A stretch of DNA of 64,000 nt from Gordius albopunctatus (lineage: Eukaryota), in the NCBI GenBank assembly GCA_964276515.1, contig OZ193910.1, positions 4,836,001 to 4,900,000 of the forward strand, written 5' to 3'. The notes below the pieces were generated by a model. It was not told where the DNA came from. It saw only the letters and a program-made list of their open reading frames with translations, and did not search any database. This document shows, piece after piece, positions 61,495 to 64,000 of this stretch; position 1 is the stretch's first letter; each line of letters opens with the position of its first letter. The position numbers and the translations under genes were made by a program.

Positions 61495-62043
61495 TAAAGC
61501 CCTGCAAAATGAATTTTTTTCTGCCCGAGCCCGGCCCGAGCCCGACTTCTCATTTTTTATTTTGCCCGAGCCCGGCCCGAGCCCGAGCCCGACCTGATTT
61601 TTTAAATAAAATTTTTGAAAAATTAAATTTTTCAAAGTTTTTTTACCATCTAAATAAAAATGCATTAGATTGTTATTAATCGTAATTTACAACTAGTATA
61701 AGTTTTAAATTAAAAATCCATTTTAACTCGTTACAATTTATTCAGCTAATCATTTAAAGCTAAAAATTTAACTTTATAAAATATATCCAAATAAAAAACT
61801 TTTGGAAATATTTACTTGTGCTATATAATGTACGCTGTGCGAAGATATTGATTATTTAAATTCTATTTCATAAAATATTAATTTGCTTTAGTTCTATTCG
61901 GGCCGGGCTCGGGCCTCGGGTCGGGCCGCCACATCAGGCCCGACCCAAGCCCGAGGCCCGATTATTTTATAAAATTCTGCCCGGGTCCAACCCGAAACCC
62001 GATTGGGCCGGGTCGGGCTTCGGGCGGCCCGTGCAGGGCTCTA
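61495..62043. mobile_element. hAT MITE (TAGAGCCCTGCA TIR, GGCCCGA repeats)
   Basis: TIRs TAAAGCCCTGCA / TGCAGGGCTCTA, perfect 8-bp TSD GGTATGGG. Related partial copies at ~41620-42111 and ~55538-55810. Confidence 0.88.
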
Positions 62044-62339
62044 GGTATGGGCTTATCGATGGTCCGGAGATCTTCGGACAGGGCTGAGGGATTAATAGCA
62101 GATGTTAATATTTTAAAAAATTTTTATAGCATCAAACAATTTTAATTGTTCCATGTGCCTAATTTCAAATTTATTTTCATTTAAGTCCTTGATTTTTAAA
62201 TTTTTTGTACCCAATTGTTCAGTAATCACACCCAACACCCAAATTTTTTTTTACTTAAAGACTTGGTACACTAATAGTGGGCATTGTTCAGTGCTTAGTA
62301 AACTTTAAAAAATCGGGTGGGTACCTTAATTTGCAATAT

Positions 62340-64000
62340 AAAAACTCATAGCTATCCGGAGCACGATTAGGATACCCTGGTGACATATTGTGATATAGTA
62401 TTGACAGCGTCCCGTCCTTAGTTACTTTAGCTATGTTCAACCATTTTTTTAACAATATCCACATACCTTTCTACCCGCCCATTAGAGCTAGGATGGATGA
62501 TTAATTTTATAGGTTTGACAAAAATGTTTAAATTCAATGCTAACAAAAGCTTTACCATTATCCGTAACAATTATTTCTGGAAACCCGTAATTTCCTATCA
62601 ATTCCTTTAAAAATGCAATTGTTAGTTTAGTAGATAAGTTAGGTATATTTCTAAATTGCGTGCAACCGGAAAACGCATCAACTACTAAGATGTACCGCTT
62701 TTTATCTATCTCAAAGAAATTTATGTGTATACTTCCTCACGGGAATTTAGGAGGCGGCCATCTATATTTTTTATTTCTACGCGGCATCTGTGCATCAAGT
62801 TTACAAAGCTCACACTGCCTAACAAATTTTTGGATATCTTTAGTTAATTGCGGCCACCAGACTTATTTTCTTGCAAATCCTTTTATTTTAATCATTCCAC
62901 AGTGTCCCTGATGTGGTTAAGTGAATACCGATGACCATCTAATTAGATAGCAATACGATAAGTTCAAAAACTCATAGTTTGCTACACGATCTGGGCCCAA
63001 GCTTTTCTCGCTGATGCCCTGCAACACCCCAAATGACGCCAGCTACAAGTCTGGTTTCGTCATTCAGCCGTAAGATGTATTCATACGTTGTCCGGTGGCA
63101 CCACTTGCAGATAGTCGAAAATATTTTTAGCACCTCCTGACAAACCTTAACTGGTACCACTAACCTTTCATGCTTTTTAAGAACACTATTTTCTAGATAT
63201 AATTCGTTCAAAATATCTTTAAAAGGGGCGTACGTAAATTTTATCGTCTATGCCTGCGTATTACTTGCATTGACAATTTTGTTTACATCTAAAATATAGA
63301 AAGAAGTGATTACATGTCTTCCTATTATATCACAAGACAAAGGAAAATCATCCGCCTCAATGGAATCTGCGCCCAAACGCCATAGTACATCAGCCAAATG
63401 ATTATCCTCTCCCTTGCCGTATTTTAGGGTTATGGTAAAATTACATAACATTACAAGCTAACTTTGTAGCCTAGGGGACATTAGTAGGCGTTAGCCTTTT
63501 TAAATAAAGCAACATGCGGCTTATGAGGTCAATACAATACAGTAACGATTTGCCAATTAAATATTCGCGACATCACTTTAATCCATAAATCATCACTAAC
63601 GCTTCGCGTTCTATAACAGAAAATCGCACCTCAGTTTTATTTAATTTACATGAAAAATACAAAACTGGATGCTCAATTCCATCCACAACATGACATAATG
63701 CATTTCCGATACCAATATTAGACGCATCGACTCTTAAAATATGCTGTTTATTTTGGATCATAACATCTTAAAATGGGGTTTTAAGCAAGATATTAAAAAA
63801 AATTCGTTATCATTTTTACACCATTTAAATCCGATATCATTTTTTGTCAGTTCGTACAAAGGTCCGGCATTTTGGGTTTAATTATTTATAAATTTAATGC
63901 AATAATTTATTAGACCCATTGACGATAGTTTCTTTTTATTTGTAGGCAACTTAAAATTTTTATTGCTTCCATCTTGTCAAATTTTGTTTGAACATTACCA
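62340..64000 (-). mobile_element. Decayed Gypsy pol (RT thumb, RNase H, integrase), running off the window end
   Basis: VDASNIGIG..HPVLYFS.KL..E..FSVIEREAL, GEDNHLADVL.RL, HQGHCG..WWP.L..DI...V..C..C, VVDAFS, GFPEIIVTDNG, HPSSNGRVER, with many stops and frameshifts. Confidence 0.85.

Noticed and set aside
62990..63115. CTGAATGA-CGAAAC on the minus strand, suggestive of a hammerhead core, within an insert in the Gypsy remnant
   Set aside because: The core does not match CUGANGA, and there is no stem II or closing stems.

Overview
AT-rich animal (invertebrate-type) nuclear DNA with spliceosomal genes separated by dense, nested transposon debris. Host genes: the 3' part of WDR26 (+, 1-6334), a Mos-like Ser/Thr kinase with one intron (-, 16760-18323), cytoplasmic poly(A)-binding protein (-, 26229-34735), a TAFH/NHR1-domain gene most similar to ETO/MTG/nervy but lacking the other nervy domains (+, 44730-46657), mitochondrial enoyl-CoA hydratase ECHS1 (-, 56017-60449) and an intronless kinesin-14 pseudogene (+, ~37440-38395). 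Mobile DNA includes a near-intact RTE LINE, hAT elements and MITEs with 8-bp TSDs, Helitrons, a young TRIM-like LTR element, and piggyBac, PIF, Gypsy and RLE-type LINE remnants. Two observations stand out. (1) A 5'-truncated RT-RNase H sequence (-, ~52693-53711) carries hepadnavirus-like motifs (LPMGxSxSP, YLDD, SPLY, and WVPTNANPADAPSR in a shifted frame). It is joined on the same strand to a truncated RTE LINE, which suggests an endogenous hepadna-like/HEART-type element, possibly captured by LINE template switching; DIRS-type origin is the main alternative. (2) A twister ribozyme core with compensatory base changes sits at the exact 5' end of the full-length RTE (11341-11392). All calls are from motif reading and by-eye alignment; no database searches were run.
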